Positions 28,734 to 38,810 of a stretch of 64,000 bases of DNA are shown here, one piece after another. The position numbers were made by a program, and so were the translations under genes. Location of the stretch: positions 31,183 to 95,182 of IMG/VR virus record IMGVR_UViG_3300044652_000032; one strand, given 5' to 3'. The notes under the pieces are model-generated. The model searched no databases. It saw only the letters and a program-made list of their open reading frames with translations, and was not told the DNA's origin. Source of the stretch: a virus (taxonomy: Duplodnaviria; Caudoviricetes). Each line of letters begins with the position of its first letter. Position 1 is the first letter of the stretch.

Positions 28734-29216
28734 CTACTCCTTGCCCTTGGTGCGGATAAAGTGCTCGATGCGCCGGGCCGTGGCCTGCGCGCGCTGGCGG
28801 GGCGTCTTGGCGCGGTAGTAAGCCTCGGCGAACTGGTCGGGCCAGCCCACCTGCGGGCTGAAAATGTCCCACCCCTTGAAGTAAAAGAGGCGGTGCGCCT
28901 CGGTCTCCGTCAGGCCGAGCAGACGCTGCGCCTCGCCGTGTGCCGCGTTGTTGATGCGATGGACGACCGTGCGCGTGAACCGCTTGCGGAAGATGCCGCG
29001 CTCGCGCTCGTCGGCGAGGATGGTGTGCCCGGCCACGCACATCACTGCGCCGCACGGCGGACGCTCCTCCAGCGTGGGCTGGTGGCTCTCGTGACGGCTG
29101 ACGTACTGCTCGGGACGATCTTCCTTGGTGAACATCGCGGCGAAGTGCGCCATGTTCAACCGGCGCGGCTCCTCCAGTATCATGCGCTTTACGGCGCGCA
29201 ACAGTTTCACGTTCAT
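28734..29216 (-). CDS. Hypothetical protein, paralog of 26172..26546
   Basis: ILEEPRR...CGAVMCVAG...AQRLLGL. Confidence 0.65.
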   Translation of the reverse strand: MNVKLLRAVKRMILEEPRRLNMAHFAAMFTKEDRPEQYVSRHESHQPTLEERPPCGAVMCVAGHTILADERERGIFRKRFTRTVVHRINNAAHGEAQRLLGLTETEAHRLFYFKGWDIFSPQVGWPDQFAEAYYRAKTPRQRAQATARRIEHFIRTKGKE

Positions 29217-29716
29217 CAGACGGTTCCTCCTTCTAGTATGTAGTACCCATACACAGCCCTATCGCTTACGTGGTCAACAACGGCGCGACCGTCCGGGCCT
29301 GCCTTCATGTACGCCGTCCGGCGCTGCGGGTCGTACGTATCGTGGATCGTGCCGTCAATAACGGCGGTGTAGTGCTTGCTCACCTGCACGACCAGTCGTC
29401 CGTCGGGCAACTCGCCGTCCGCGAGGTGCACGCGCGTGCCCGTGCCTATCGCCATCGTGGGCACCCAGCGGAAGCCCAGCTCGCGCATGTAGTCCTTGAA
29501 CCACTTGCGCCCGACGCAGATGCCGCTGCGGGCCGTACGACCGCGCTTGGGCGTGCGCGCGGTGGCGCGCTGCGCGGCGTTGCCCTCGGCCAGACGGACG
29601 TAAACCTCGCGGTACGGTCGGCCCGATGCTATTGCGACGGCCCGCGCCACGCAGTCGCCCGTGTGCCCACGGAAGCCCGCCTCGGCGCGTCCGCCGTCGT
29701 CGTATATCCAATTCAT
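29216..29716 (-). CDS. Conserved phage hypothetical protein (possible Cys-His dyad)
   Basis: GDCVARAVAIA...KHYTAVIDGTIHDT. Confidence 0.6.
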   Translation of the reverse strand: MNWIYDDGGRAEAGFRGHTGDCVARAVAIASGRPYREVYVRLAEGNAAQRATARTPKRGRTARSGICVGRKWFKDYMRELGFRWVPTMAIGTGTRVHLADGELPDGRLVVQVSKHYTAVIDGTIHDTYDPQRRTAYMKAGPDGRAVVDHVSDRAVYGYYILEGGTV

Positions 29717-29785
29717 TAGGTAACATCCTCCTTCTTAGTTGATGAGAGGGGCTGGCTCGTCGGCCCCTCTGTCCCGTTGACTGTG

Positions 29786-30958
29786 TTAGACGGTGACGGC
29801 CTCGGTCTTGAGCGACGACGGCACCAGCTCCCCGGCCAGCCTGTCCAGCGCCATGCGCTCGTCTGCGGGTTTGCGCTGCGCCACCCACGACACGGCGTTG
29901 CTCAGCCGGTAGCGGGTGTTGCCGGGCGGGAGCATCTCGACGTCGGGCGACCGGAACGCGGAGGCCACCTCCTCGGTCAGTTCCTTGCTCAGCTTGCGCC
30001 GCAGCAGTTCGACGGCCTTGTCCGGATCCAGCTTGGCGGCGTGCGCCGCGCGGATGTCCTCCATCATCTGGTTGACGGGCGCGGGGCCGAGTGCCGCCCG
30101 CACGACGTCGCCCAAGGCCGAGGCGTTGGCCGCGTTGTCCAGCCGGACGGTCTCGGTGCTCATCTCGACGTTGTCGGGCAGCCGTGCGCCGAGGTGCACT
30201 TGGCGCAGCACCTCGTCGCGGATGGCCGTGTTCGTGCACCACACGCGCATGAAGAAGACCGAGACGGTGTGCCCGCCGTCGCCGAAGTCCGACGTGCCCC
30301 ACTGCAGTCCGGGGAGTATGACCTCGTTCGGCACGGGTTCGAACACGCGCGGGAGCACGGCGCGGATGCGCACCTTGGTGTCCAGCGCCCAGCCCTCCAC
30401 CGGCACGAGTCCGACGTCCTGCGCGGCGGACGCAAAAGCCTCGACCATCAGCCGCGAGTCTATGCGCCGATACTTGTCACTGACTATGCCTCGCGCCTCG
30501 TCCGTCACGGCGCGCACGAGGTAGCGGCGCGCCGTCTGGTGCGCCATCAGTCGGTTCAGGTTGGTGGCCAGCAGGTCGAGGCCGTCCGCGCCGTGCGACT
30601 CCATCAGGCGGATGAACTGTCCGGCGTGCGGGATGCCCGTCCAACTGGCCGCCCCGCGCAGAGCGTGCTCGTGCAGACGGAGGCTGCGCCCGTCCTCCAC
30701 GTCCAGAACCACGCGGGCGCGGTTGACGGCCTCGGCGGTGGCCGGGCCTTCCACGACCTCGGGCACCAGCGGCTCGGCGCGGAAGCGCATGGCCGGGGCG
30801 CGGACTATGCGGTCGGTGATGATGGTGTCCTCGATCTGGCGGATGACTTCGGCGGCGCGCTCCTGCCCACGGTGGATGATCTCCTCCATCTTGACGCGCC
30901 CTGCCTGTGCCGCCTCACTGGCGGCGGTCTCATAGTCTCTGTCGTCGTGATGAATCAT
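29786..30958 (-). CDS. DUF932-like protein
   Basis: RGIVSDKYRRID, SDFGDG, RVWCTN, RQVHLG motifs. Confidence 0.65.
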   Translation of the reverse strand: MIHHDDRDYETAASEAAQAGRVKMEEIIHRGQERAAEVIRQIEDTIITDRIVRAPAMRFRAEPLVPEVVEGPATAEAVNRARVVLDVEDGRSLRLHEHALRGAASWTGIPHAGQFIRLMESHGADGLDLLATNLNRLMAHQTARRYLVRAVTDEARGIVSDKYRRIDSRLMVEAFASAAQDVGLVPVEGWALDTKVRIRAVLPRVFEPVPNEVILPGLQWGTSDFGDGGHTVSVFFMRVWCTNTAIRDEVLRQVHLGARLPDNVEMSTETVRLDNAANASALGDVVRAALGPAPVNQMMEDIRAAHAAKLDPDKAVELLRRKLSKELTEEVASAFRSPDVEMLPPGNTRYRLSNAVSWVAQRKPADERMALDRLAGELVPSSLKTEAVTV

Positions 30959-31220
30959 TAGGTGTCTCTCCTTTCAAGAGAAGGGTTCGTAGCCGGTTGA
31001 AGGTTTTAGAGAACGCCGTAAAACTCGGCCAATCTCTGGTTGAGACGTGTTTGCTCCCGTAGATTCAGCAGCGCGGCCCACTCTTCCGCGTGCTGGACAT
31101 AAACATACGTCCCGTCAAGAAGTTCCCCGTAGTGTTGTCTATAACCCGGTAACCGCACTTGAACACCACTGTGTAGCGGACGAAATCTTTTTTCTGCTCA
31201 GTCATCTTCGTTCTCCTTTC

Positions 31221-31295
31221 TAACCAACACGGATACTATACAACATCTTCTCATAAAAAACAAGTCTTTTTTATAAAATAGTAGAAATTATTTTT
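31221..31295 (-). promoter_or_regulatory. Repeated early promoter (TTGTTT-17-TATAGT, AT-rich UP element)
   Basis: -35 at 31263-31258, -10 at 31240-31235; homologous to five other sites. Confidence 0.8.
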
Positions 31296-31626
31296 AGCAG
31301 GGCTAACACGTTCAAAACAAAGACGTTACTTTGTTAGCACGGTCAACCCTCCTTCCAGCGCAGTCCTTTTTATCCACCTTGACCACTGGGCCGCGCATCC
31401 CACCCGGACAAGCGCAGTCCCCGGCCTGCTCCAGCACGGCGGCGCTCACCTGCTCGGCCAGTGCCATCTCGGCCTCCGGTGTGCTCTGCCTCCGCTCACG
31501 CGGCTCCTGCTGCGCCTTGCTCTTGCCCATCAGCGTAGTCCTCCGTTCAATAGAATTAGCAGAGCGAAGAAGGCTACGATTGCGAGCAGTCCCGCCGCCC
31601 CTCCGGCTACGAACGCTCCTACGATC

Positions 31627-31896
31627 TTAACTGCGTTCTTCACGGTTAACCTCCCTCAGCCTTCGTATCAGCCTTACAAGGTCGTGACGGTTGACCTCGA
31701 TGGCTCCGAGTCTCACGGCCAGCGCCCGCTTGCTCTGGCAGATGTCGTAGTGCGACGTGCCGTGCTGTTGGAAGTGACGGCGATCCACACCGACGGCGAA
31801 GGCCATAGCGTGCAACTCCTCCTCGGTGTCGGCCAGCATGTGCGACATCAGCATCCGCCCCAGCGGGTTGCGCGCTCCGTCCACGTACACGGCCAT
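31627..31896 (-). CDS. DUF4031-like protein
   Basis: MAVYVD...SHMLADTEEELHAMA...HYDI...KRALAV. Confidence 0.8.
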   Translation of the reverse strand: MAVYVDGARNPLGRMLMSHMLADTEEELHAMAFAVGVDRRHFQQHGTSHYDICQSKRALAVRLGAIEVNRHDLVRLIRRLREVNREERS

Positions 31897-32338
31897 CACT
31901 CGTCCTCCGTACCACCCACGATGTCCGCCACACCCCACTTGCCCGGAGCGCACTGGTGGACGTCGTGGTCGTCGAGGATGATTCCCCAGTCACGTGGCTG
32001 GCTCATGAAGTCGAACACAGCACACTGGACAGCCAGCAGCACGTCCGGCGCGTGGGCGCGGACGTAGGTAACGCCGCAAGAGCGACAGCGGTAATAAATG
32101 TCTCCACCTTTAGGCATTGTCTTCTTCCCACTTGTAAACACGGATGGCCGTGTACGTGTTCTGACGCACGGTGCGACCGCACGCGCCGATAATCTGCCGC
32201 GTCACCTTCAGGCTCATGAGGGCGCGGCGCACCTCCTCGCGACTCGTGCCCGCCCACTCCGAGGGCAAACGGTCGCGCACATCTCGCTCCGTCAGGCGTG
32301 CGCCGTTAGCCGCGTTGACCGCCAGCAGACACGCCTGT

Positions 32339-32704
32339 TCAAGTTCTAGGTTTCTCATACAGCAACGTCTTCGGGTACAGCGACAACAGCCGACGAGCTA
32401 CGGGCATCAACCTTTGCATTGCGTCATAGGGTACAGCGGGGTAAGCGGCCTGCCGCCGCGTCTCTTCCTCGTCGTGAAACATGCCGTACTCGCTGATGAA
32501 GAGATAGGTAGCAATTTGGGAGGCTGTTTTGCCTCCCACTATCATGCGGATGACCTCGCGCTCGTAGGTCTCGTACTCGTCCTCGGGCAGCCCCTCCGTG
32601 CCGATGGGATCCCAGTCCTCCCACAGTATGCGGTGCGCTGCCGCGAGCACGGGATCTTCCGCGTACATTTGCTTGATGTCTTCCGCCGTCCTTCGCTTCG
32701 CCAT
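32339..32704 (-). CDS. Hypothetical protein (WDPIG...DEY family)
   Basis: LWEDWDPIGTEGLPEDEYETY. Confidence 0.55.
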   Translation of the reverse strand: MAKRRTAEDIKQMYAEDPVLAAAHRILWEDWDPIGTEGLPEDEYETYEREVIRMIVGGKTASQIATYLFISEYGMFHDEEETRRQAAYPAVPYDAMQRLMPVARRLLSLYPKTLLYEKPRT

Positions 32705-32720
32705 TACTACGCCCTCATTA

Positions 32721-33260
32721 CTACACCCTCGCCAGCAGGCCGTCCAAATACAGCCACATAGACCAAACGCGACTGTGGAAGTTCGACACGGTTAGGCTAG
32801 CCGCGTACAGCGTCTCACGAAAGTGGGCGTGCTCCTTGCGGTACATATCTAGCAGCCCGACGCGTGTGTTGTTGTCGTACAGACACGACTCAACATTGGC
32901 GGTGCGGTCGGCCAACTTGAGCGCGATGGCTTTCGGCGTATCTAGCATCTTGCTGTACGACGCCTGCTTGCGCTCCGCGCGGTTGCGCCCCTCGCCGTCG
33001 GTCACGGCTTCCACCAGCGCGGCCACGCCGTCGCCGCAGTAGCGACGCACGTCCTCCATGGTTACGCTGGCGTTGTCCTCCACGGCGTCGTGCAGCCAAG
33101 CGGCGGCGTGCATCTCGTCGTCGTAGACGCCGAAGCGCGATAGCACGTTTTCCACGTGCGCTAGATGGCGCGTGTAGGGTAGCGCGCCGTACCGCTGCTC
33201 GGCGTGGGCGATGTGCCCTAATCTCACAGCCTCGAGGTAGGTTTTGACGTCGTACTTCAT
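32721..33260 (-). CDS. Stand-alone RelA/SpoT-type HD hydrolase (small alarmone hydrolase-like)
   Basis: HAEQRY..LPYTRH, AAWLHDAVED, VEAVTD, KLADRTAN. Confidence 0.85.
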   Translation of the reverse strand: MKYDVKTYLEAVRLGHIAHAEQRYGALPYTRHLAHVENVLSRFGVYDDEMHAAAWLHDAVEDNASVTMEDVRRYCGDGVAALVEAVTDGEGRNRAERKQASYSKMLDTPKAIALKLADRTANVESCLYDNNTRVGLLDMYRKEHAHFRETLYAASLTVSNFHSRVWSMWLYLDGLLARV

Positions 33261-33264
33261 AGCG

Positions 33265-34101
33265 TTACCCTTTACTCCTCAGCCAGTCCCAGAACAACTG
33301 GGCCTCGGCGGTGTGCCCCTGCCAGCGTGCGTGATTGAACGAGCGCAGCGCCACGACCATGGCCTCGTGCTGCCCCGCGCGGTCGGCCAGCCGCTCGAAG
33401 TAGTTGTACAGCCTCTCCAGCCGCGCCACGCTCTCCCTCGTCTGCTCCGGGGTAGCGTACCGCTGCGTACCGGCGAAGAAGCGGCGGTAGAACGCCGGGA
33501 CGACCCTCGCGTCGTCCACGAGGTGCCCGGCGCGTTGCAGCGTGCGTATGACCACGGACGGGCGCAGCTTTACGCGGCGCACCAGCTCGGCCACGTCGCG
33601 CACGCCCTCGTCCCACAGCCGCAGTACCTGCTCCTGCTTGGCCAGAGGATTATCCGTGTGTAGGACGGCGTCCTCTGGCAGCGGGCGGGAGACTGCGCAG
33701 GCAGCCTCCACCTCCGCCGTTATCTTTTCCGTGATGTTGGGAACGGCAGGAACGTCCGCCTCGAGGGCAGAAACGTCCTCAGACGACGTTTTACCCTCCG
33801 GGGCGGAGCGCGTTACCTTTTCCGCAGACCGAACGCTCTCAGACGATTCTCGCGCGCCCTCGTCGTCCAAGCATCCGCAGCTAATAAGCTGACCGCCGCA
33901 CACGGAGCAGCGCTCCACGTCGCAGCCGAAGTGGTGTACGTTGCCGTGGCGGATGCCGCAGTCGTTGCAGCGTCCGTCGGCCTCCTCGAAGTGGTAGCGC
34001 GACGCCGGAAAGCGCTCGCCGTTCGGGAAGGTGCGGTGCGTCTCCGTACAGCCGTGCGCCTTGAGCATGTCCTGTCCGCAATCTTCGCAGCGTGCCATCA
34101 C
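33265..34101 (-). CDS. Cys-rich zinc-binding domain fused to a helical/HTH domain
   Basis: [31 protein letters not shown]; linker derives from the dispersed repeat. Confidence 0.6.
   Translation of the reverse strand: MMARCEDCGQDMLKAHGCTETHRTFPNGERFPASRYHFEEADGRCNDCGIRHGNVHHFGCDVERCSVCGGQLISCGCLDDEGARESSESVRSAEKVTRSAPEGKTSSEDVSALEADVPAVPNITEKITAEVEAACAVSRPLPEDAVLHTDNPLAKQEQVLRLWDEGVRDVAELVRRVKLRPSVVIRTLQRAGHLVDDARVVPAFYRRFFAGTQRYATPEQTRESVARLERLYNYFERLADRAGQHEAMVVALRSFNHARWQGHTAEAQLFWDWLRSKG
33771..33850 (-). repeat. Dispersed ~75-bp element, copy C (in frame within a CDS)
   Basis: CTGAGAGCG...GAAAAGGTA...TCCGCCCC...AAAAC...GAGGACG colinear with copy A. Confidence 0.7.
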
Positions 34102-35129
34102 TCGCCTCCTTCCACGTCCACGCCGAAGGCCGACTTGAGGAAAGCGTTGATGCGACGCTGGCTCTGCTCCAAGTACTCCAGCACGCCCGCGTACTCGTCC
34201 TCGTTGCGCGCGGGCGCGGTGGCCAACTGCTTGACTATGGACTCCAGCGACGCCACGCGCTCCTGCAACTCCTTGATGAGTTGGCGCAGCAGGTCATTGC
34301 TGCCCTCAAGGGCCAGCACACGGTCTTCCAGCCTTCCGACCTTGACCATGGCGCGTCCGGCCATCAGCCCGACCTCGCTGGACGGCTTGGCGTCCGCCGC
34401 GCGCTCCGCTCGCTCGTTGGCGGGGTTGACCTTGATTGCCTCGGCGGGTACGGCAGCAGGCGGAGGTACGAGGACGGGCGCGGCCTTGCGCCGTTGCTCC
34501 TCGGCGGCCTGCCGAGCGAGCACCGCACGCGCCTTGACCGCGCTCGGCAGTTCGGGCATCTCGCGCACGTAGCAGAGGGCGTCACCTATGGGAATGTTGA
34601 AACCATAAGTGTTGCCACTTCCCTGAGTGCCGCCCTTGCTGTGGTCAAGCAGGATTATCCAACCGACGGCCATGAACTGCCGCAGGTAATTCTCGGCCTG
34701 ACTTTTACTGACGCCCACGCGCCTGCCCAGCTGCGCGGACGTTATACTGAAGACGCCGTCCTTGTCCGCCGCCTCGCAGCATGCGGCCATGGCGCGCTGT
34801 GCGCCTGTTTGACCTTGGTTGACCGTAGGAGGCGGCCCCTTCTGTTGCTTGCTCCGTTCCACGCCCGCCTTGACTGTCGGAGCCTTCTCGGCTTGGCGGA
34901 CGCCGGTAATCATGGCGTCGCGCTCCTTGTTGAGGTACTGCCTGCAGAACGAGACGACCTTGGTCATGGTGGTCGCGCGCCCGACCTCGCGCTCGGGCGT
35001 CTTGCTCTGCGCGTCGAAGATGTAGAAGTCGTGGTGGCCGTTGCGCTGCTCGTGCCGCAGCAGGAAGCGTCCGTCGCGCGACTTGAATCGGTCGCGACCG
35101 ACCTCATCAAAGTGTAGATGGTGTGCCAT
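34098..35129 (-). CDS. Winged-helix/coiled-coil protein
   Basis: [24 protein letters not shown]...GWI HTH; C-terminal coiled coil. Confidence 0.6.
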   Translation of the reverse strand: MAHHLHFDEVGRDRFKSRDGRFLLRHEQRNGHHDFYIFDAQSKTPEREVGRATTMTKVVSFCRQYLNKERDAMITGVRQAEKAPTVKAGVERSKQQKGPPPTVNQGQTGAQRAMAACCEAADKDGVFSITSAQLGRRVGVSKSQAENYLRQFMAVGWIILLDHSKGGTQGSGNTYGFNIPIGDALCYVREMPELPSAVKARAVLARQAAEEQRRKAAPVLVPPPAAVPAEAIKVNPANERAERAADAKPSSEVGLMAGRAMVKVGRLEDRVLALEGSNDLLRQLIKELQERVASLESIVKQLATAPARNEDEYAGVLEYLEQSQRRINAFLKSAFGVDVEGGE

Positions 35130-35671
35130 TAGGGAATCTGTCCTCCTCTACTTGGTGTTGGGTTGTTGCAGGGCGCGGCGTAACTTCTCGGCGAAGTCGG
35201 AGAAGGGTGCGCGATCCGCTGCGGGTTGCTCCGTGCGACGGTCGGGTCTCACATCGGCCATCGCCTCCGCGAACGCACGCTCGTCCTTGCGCGGGTCGGT
35301 CTGTTGGTCAAGATGTTGCTTCACGGTTGCCCTCCCGCAGATAGGTTGCGCGCTCTAAAAGTAACGGCGCAGTTGAAATACTGTCGTGCACGCCTTCGGA
35401 TATTTTCGAGTGTGCGCGACATACCGCCGCCCTCAGAGCAGCACCACTTACCAAACCGAGAATCGTAGTGAATAATGTCCAAAACTTCGCCTGAATCGGC
35501 GTTCAGCAACTCGAGGTGCGTAGGATAGTAGCCTTTGTGTCCCTGCGCTATAGCCTGAACGTCCGTCACGCCGAGGGGCGCAACGTATTGAGCGCACGCA
35601 GGACCACCGGGCACGACGGCTAACTCACCAGCGTGTGGATTCCATCCGAGAATTTTCACTAGGTTGCCTCC

Positions 35672-36067
35672 TTACTTCTCAAGCAGTTGAGCCATGGCCC
35701 ACACCGCGGTCTGCTCGTCGCCGCAGTCGGGCTGCATCCGGAAGTGGTGGCCCACGTCGCCGAGCCACAGTTGCACGGCGGCCACCGCCGACTCGACCAG
35801 TTCCGCGCTCGGCAGACCCTGCTCGGCCAGCAGCGCGCGCAGATCGCGGGCCTTGATGTCCAGCCGCTGGCGGGTGGCCTGCTCCTGCCGGGCCTTGGCC
35901 TCCGCGCCGAAGCCGCGCTGCACGGTCTTGCGCACCTTGCGCTTGGGTTCGGCGTGTTCCATGTTGAAGTGATGGTTGAGCAGTTGCTCCGCCGTGTAGG
36001 TTCCGGCGTCCTTGAAGGTGCGCCCGCACTCGGGGCACGGGATTGAGTCCGTCATCATCACGCTCAC
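35672..36067 (-). CDS. C2H2 zinc-finger-containing protein
   Basis: CPECGRTF...LNHHFNMEH. Confidence 0.55.
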   Translation of the reverse strand: MSVMMTDSIPCPECGRTFKDAGTYTAEQLLNHHFNMEHAEPKRKVRKTVQRGFGAEAKARQEQATRQRLDIKARDLRALLAEQGLPSAELVESAVAAVQLWLGDVGHHFRMQPDCGDEQTAVWAMAQLLEK

Positions 36068-36426
36068 AACGCCACCTCCGCTTCCACGGGCACCCCCGCC
36101 TCGGTCAACGCACGCCGCACGAGTTCAACGGCGAAGGCGCTGCGCCCGCCGATGTGCCAGTCGCGCTGCTGCCCCTCGAAGCGCTCACGTGCCTCGTCGC
36201 TGCGGAGACCGTGATAGTTAGGGCCGTCCTTGTAGTTGTATATGGTGGCCACGACCTCGCCCTCGAAGAGCAGCGCCCAGTGCGCGTCGCACTTGTAGCC
36301 GTCGAACTCCGTAGGCGGCCCGAACGTCTCGACGAGGTCTTGGTAGAAGCATCGCACGTAACCCTTGAGGCTCGTGCCGGTGGCGCGCTCCGCAGCAACG
36401 CGCTCGAACTTAGTTTGCGGGATCAT
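36064..36426 (-). CDS. Conserved phage hypothetical protein
   Basis: GTSLKG...LVETFGPP...TIYNYK...WHIGG. Confidence 0.6.
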   Translation of the reverse strand: MIPQTKFERVAAERATGTSLKGYVRCFYQDLVETFGPPTEFDGYKCDAHWALLFEGEVVATIYNYKDGPNYHGLRSDEARERFEGQQRDWHIGGRSAFAVELVRRALTEAGVPVEAEVAL

Positions 36427-36722
36427 TAGGTTCTGTTCCTCCTCATCCGAAGTAGTACTCGAACATCCGCTGGTTGACGGCCTGCCGCGCCTCGGCGGTC
36501 TGCTCCGCAGGAACGAAGGGCGGCTGCGCGGGGCGCTCGTGAACGATGTCGAAGCCGCCGAGCCGCGCCACGGCGTCTTGGTCATAGCTGTACTGGCCGC
36601 GACCGTCGTCCACGGTGTAGTAGCGGCCCATGAACATCTGCTCGCTTATCTTGACGAGCGTGGCCACGCGCCCCTCTATCGTGTATCGTTTGCCGATTTC
36701 CAGTGCCATCTTCCGTCTCCTT

Positions 36723-36800
36723 TTCAACCAACACGGATACTATACACTACTTCTCTATAAAAAACAAGTCTTTTTTATGAATAAGTGAAAATAAATTTTA
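36723..36800 (-). promoter_or_regulatory. Repeated early promoter (TTGTTT-17-TATAGT)
   Basis: -35 at 36767-36762, -10 at 36744-36739; same leader CCGTGTTGGTT as the 31221 copy. Confidence 0.8.
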
Positions 36801-37408
36801 GGCAAGGTAAACATAAGCACATAAAGCCTTTGACTCGTTAAAGGGAGTTCGTCCCAGTAAAACGTGCCCTTTTTAAGTATCTTCTATACGGCTGACGTTG
36901 CATTCTTCTATCTTGATGACGGTCAGCGGGCACGTTCCGTCAATGCACACAAGATGCAGGATGCGATGTGTACACTCGTTCTGCAACCCTCCCGGCTCGT
37001 ACTCGGGCGGATCCCACCATCCACCGGGGAAGTTGTTGGGCGCGTAGTAGGTGCCCGTCTTGTTAAAGTGCCAGTCTATGACTTCAAACGTCACGCCGCG
37101 CGCACGCTCGTCCGTCATAGTGTAAATCCGGCGCTCGCGTCCGCCGAAGCCCGTGTTAGCGATGTGCTGCGCCGTGAGCGCCCGCGCAGCCATATTGAAG
37201 GCCGGGCCGTAGAGCCAGTCGCCGAGGCTGTTCTCCTCGGCTACGTCCCGCGCACCGTCTATACGCAGGAACTCGCGTATGCGGTCACGGTATTGCGTCT
37301 TGTAGGACTCGGTTATGGCAGCAGGGTCGGCGGGGTACCCGCAGCGGACGAACAACTCCGGCACTACCACGCGGACGCGGTCGCCTCGTTTCCACTTGGC
37401 TCTGCTCA

Positions 37409-37849
37409 TTAGGATACTCCCTTCTCGTAAAACAGGTCGCTCGGCAGCGGATTGATGTCGGCCCACTTTTGCACGAAGACCGTGCAGTCGTCTATGTACT
37501 GGCTGAACTCGTCAACGTCCATGTCGTGCGTGGTTGGCGTCAGCTCTATCTCCTCGCCCGCCTTGTTGCGGAGCACGTCGGTGCCGAGCACGGCGCGCTT
37601 CAATACCTCGTGCGCCTGCTCCAGCGTGATGCTGCTCTTGCCCCACTCCCTCCGCAGCCACTGCGCCCAAGGCGATACTATCGCTGCCCAATAGTAAGAG
37701 TTCTGCTGCAGCGAGCGGGTGGGGCGTCGACGTTTAATCGCTACGTCGTACAGGCCGGGCGGCAGCGTGTTGACGTGCTCCATGAGCCGACGCCGCTCGC
37801 CACGGTCGGCCAGATTATACACGACGGTCTCCTGCCGCTTACTGGCCAC
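37409..37849 (-). CDS. NinB/YbcN-like recombination protein
   Basis: RSLQQNSYYW, HEVLK, TTHDMDVDEFSQYID. Confidence 0.75.
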   Translation of the reverse strand: MASKRQETVVYNLADRGERRRLMEHVNTLPPGLYDVAIKRRRPTRSLQQNSYYWAAIVSPWAQWLRREWGKSSITLEQAHEVLKRAVLGTDVLRNKAGEEIELTPTTHDMDVDEFSQYIDDCTVFVQKWADINPLPSDLFYEKGVS

Positions 37850-38693
37850 GGCGCTTCTCCCACTCGCGCATCTCCGCCGCCAAGTCCTCCATCTGGCTGA
37901 CCATAGCGTCCCTCTGCGCCCGCCACAGCTTCGGCGGCAGGGCCGCGCGGTTCTGCTCGTCACGGTCGAAGTCGGCCAACGCCTTGCTAAAGCGCTCGTA
38001 GGCGCGCAGCGTGACGCGGTACTGCCCGTCGTTCTCTATCGTCATCAGTGTCCTCTCCCTTTGCCCACTACCTGCAGAAAGACGGGCGCGTTGGGCGCGG
38101 CGGGCAAGATGCCGATGTTGCGCAGCGATGCGATGTCCGAGGCCAGCCGCACGCGCCCACCGTCCTCCGCCGGGTACAGCTCGGCCATGTGCTCCTGTAA
38201 CCGATCGGCCACGTCGGCCTGCGCTTCGTACAGACGGCAGAAGGCGGCGTCGGTCGCCTCGTCCTCGGTCCCGGCCTCGATGAGAGCGGCGTCCTCCGGG
38301 GTCATCTCCGCGAAGGGGCGCGCCACCTCGGTGGCCGTGGCCTCCAGCAAGGCGGCGCACCGCTCCAGCATCTGCTTGAGGACGAGCGCGTCCTCCTCGC
38401 AGTGAACGACGACTATGCCGGTGCGCGGCGGCGGGACTGGCACCATCACGGTGCGGCTCACGGCTTCCTACCACGCGGCAGACCCGTGCCGCGTGGTAGG
38501 AAGCCCATGCGCGTCAGCATGCTGGTGACGGGACTCACCGTCGGCTCCTGCCACTCGTCGCGCGGGGCGTCCGCAAAGGTGTAGTCGCCCGACCACTCCC
38601 ACGCCTCGCGCTCGTTGACGCGCACGGCGGTGGCGTCCACATAGACGTCCGAGGTCAGCCCCGGCCCTATCCGTTCGTCGCGATACCTGATGC

Positions 38694-38810
38694 TCATCTA
38701 TCGTACTCCTCCTCGTCGTCGTAGAAGTCATCATCACAGACGCACTCGTCCAGCGGGTATCCACATTCCTCGCACGTCTCGTCCTCGTCGTAGTCAACCC
38801 TGTTACTCAT
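38694..38810 (-). CDS. 38-aa highly acidic Cys4 microprotein (absent from ORF track)
   Basis: MSNRVDYDEDETCEECGYPLDECVCDDDFYDDEEEYDR; RBS GGAGG; overlaps both neighbours. Confidence 0.6.
   Translation of the reverse strand: MSNRVDYDEDETCEECGYPLDECVCDDDFYDDEEEYDR

Noticed and set aside
31530-31645. Extra copy of the CGGCTACGAAC junction motif or dispersed element
   Set aside because: Better explained as the coding sequence of a short hydrophobic peptide on the - strand.
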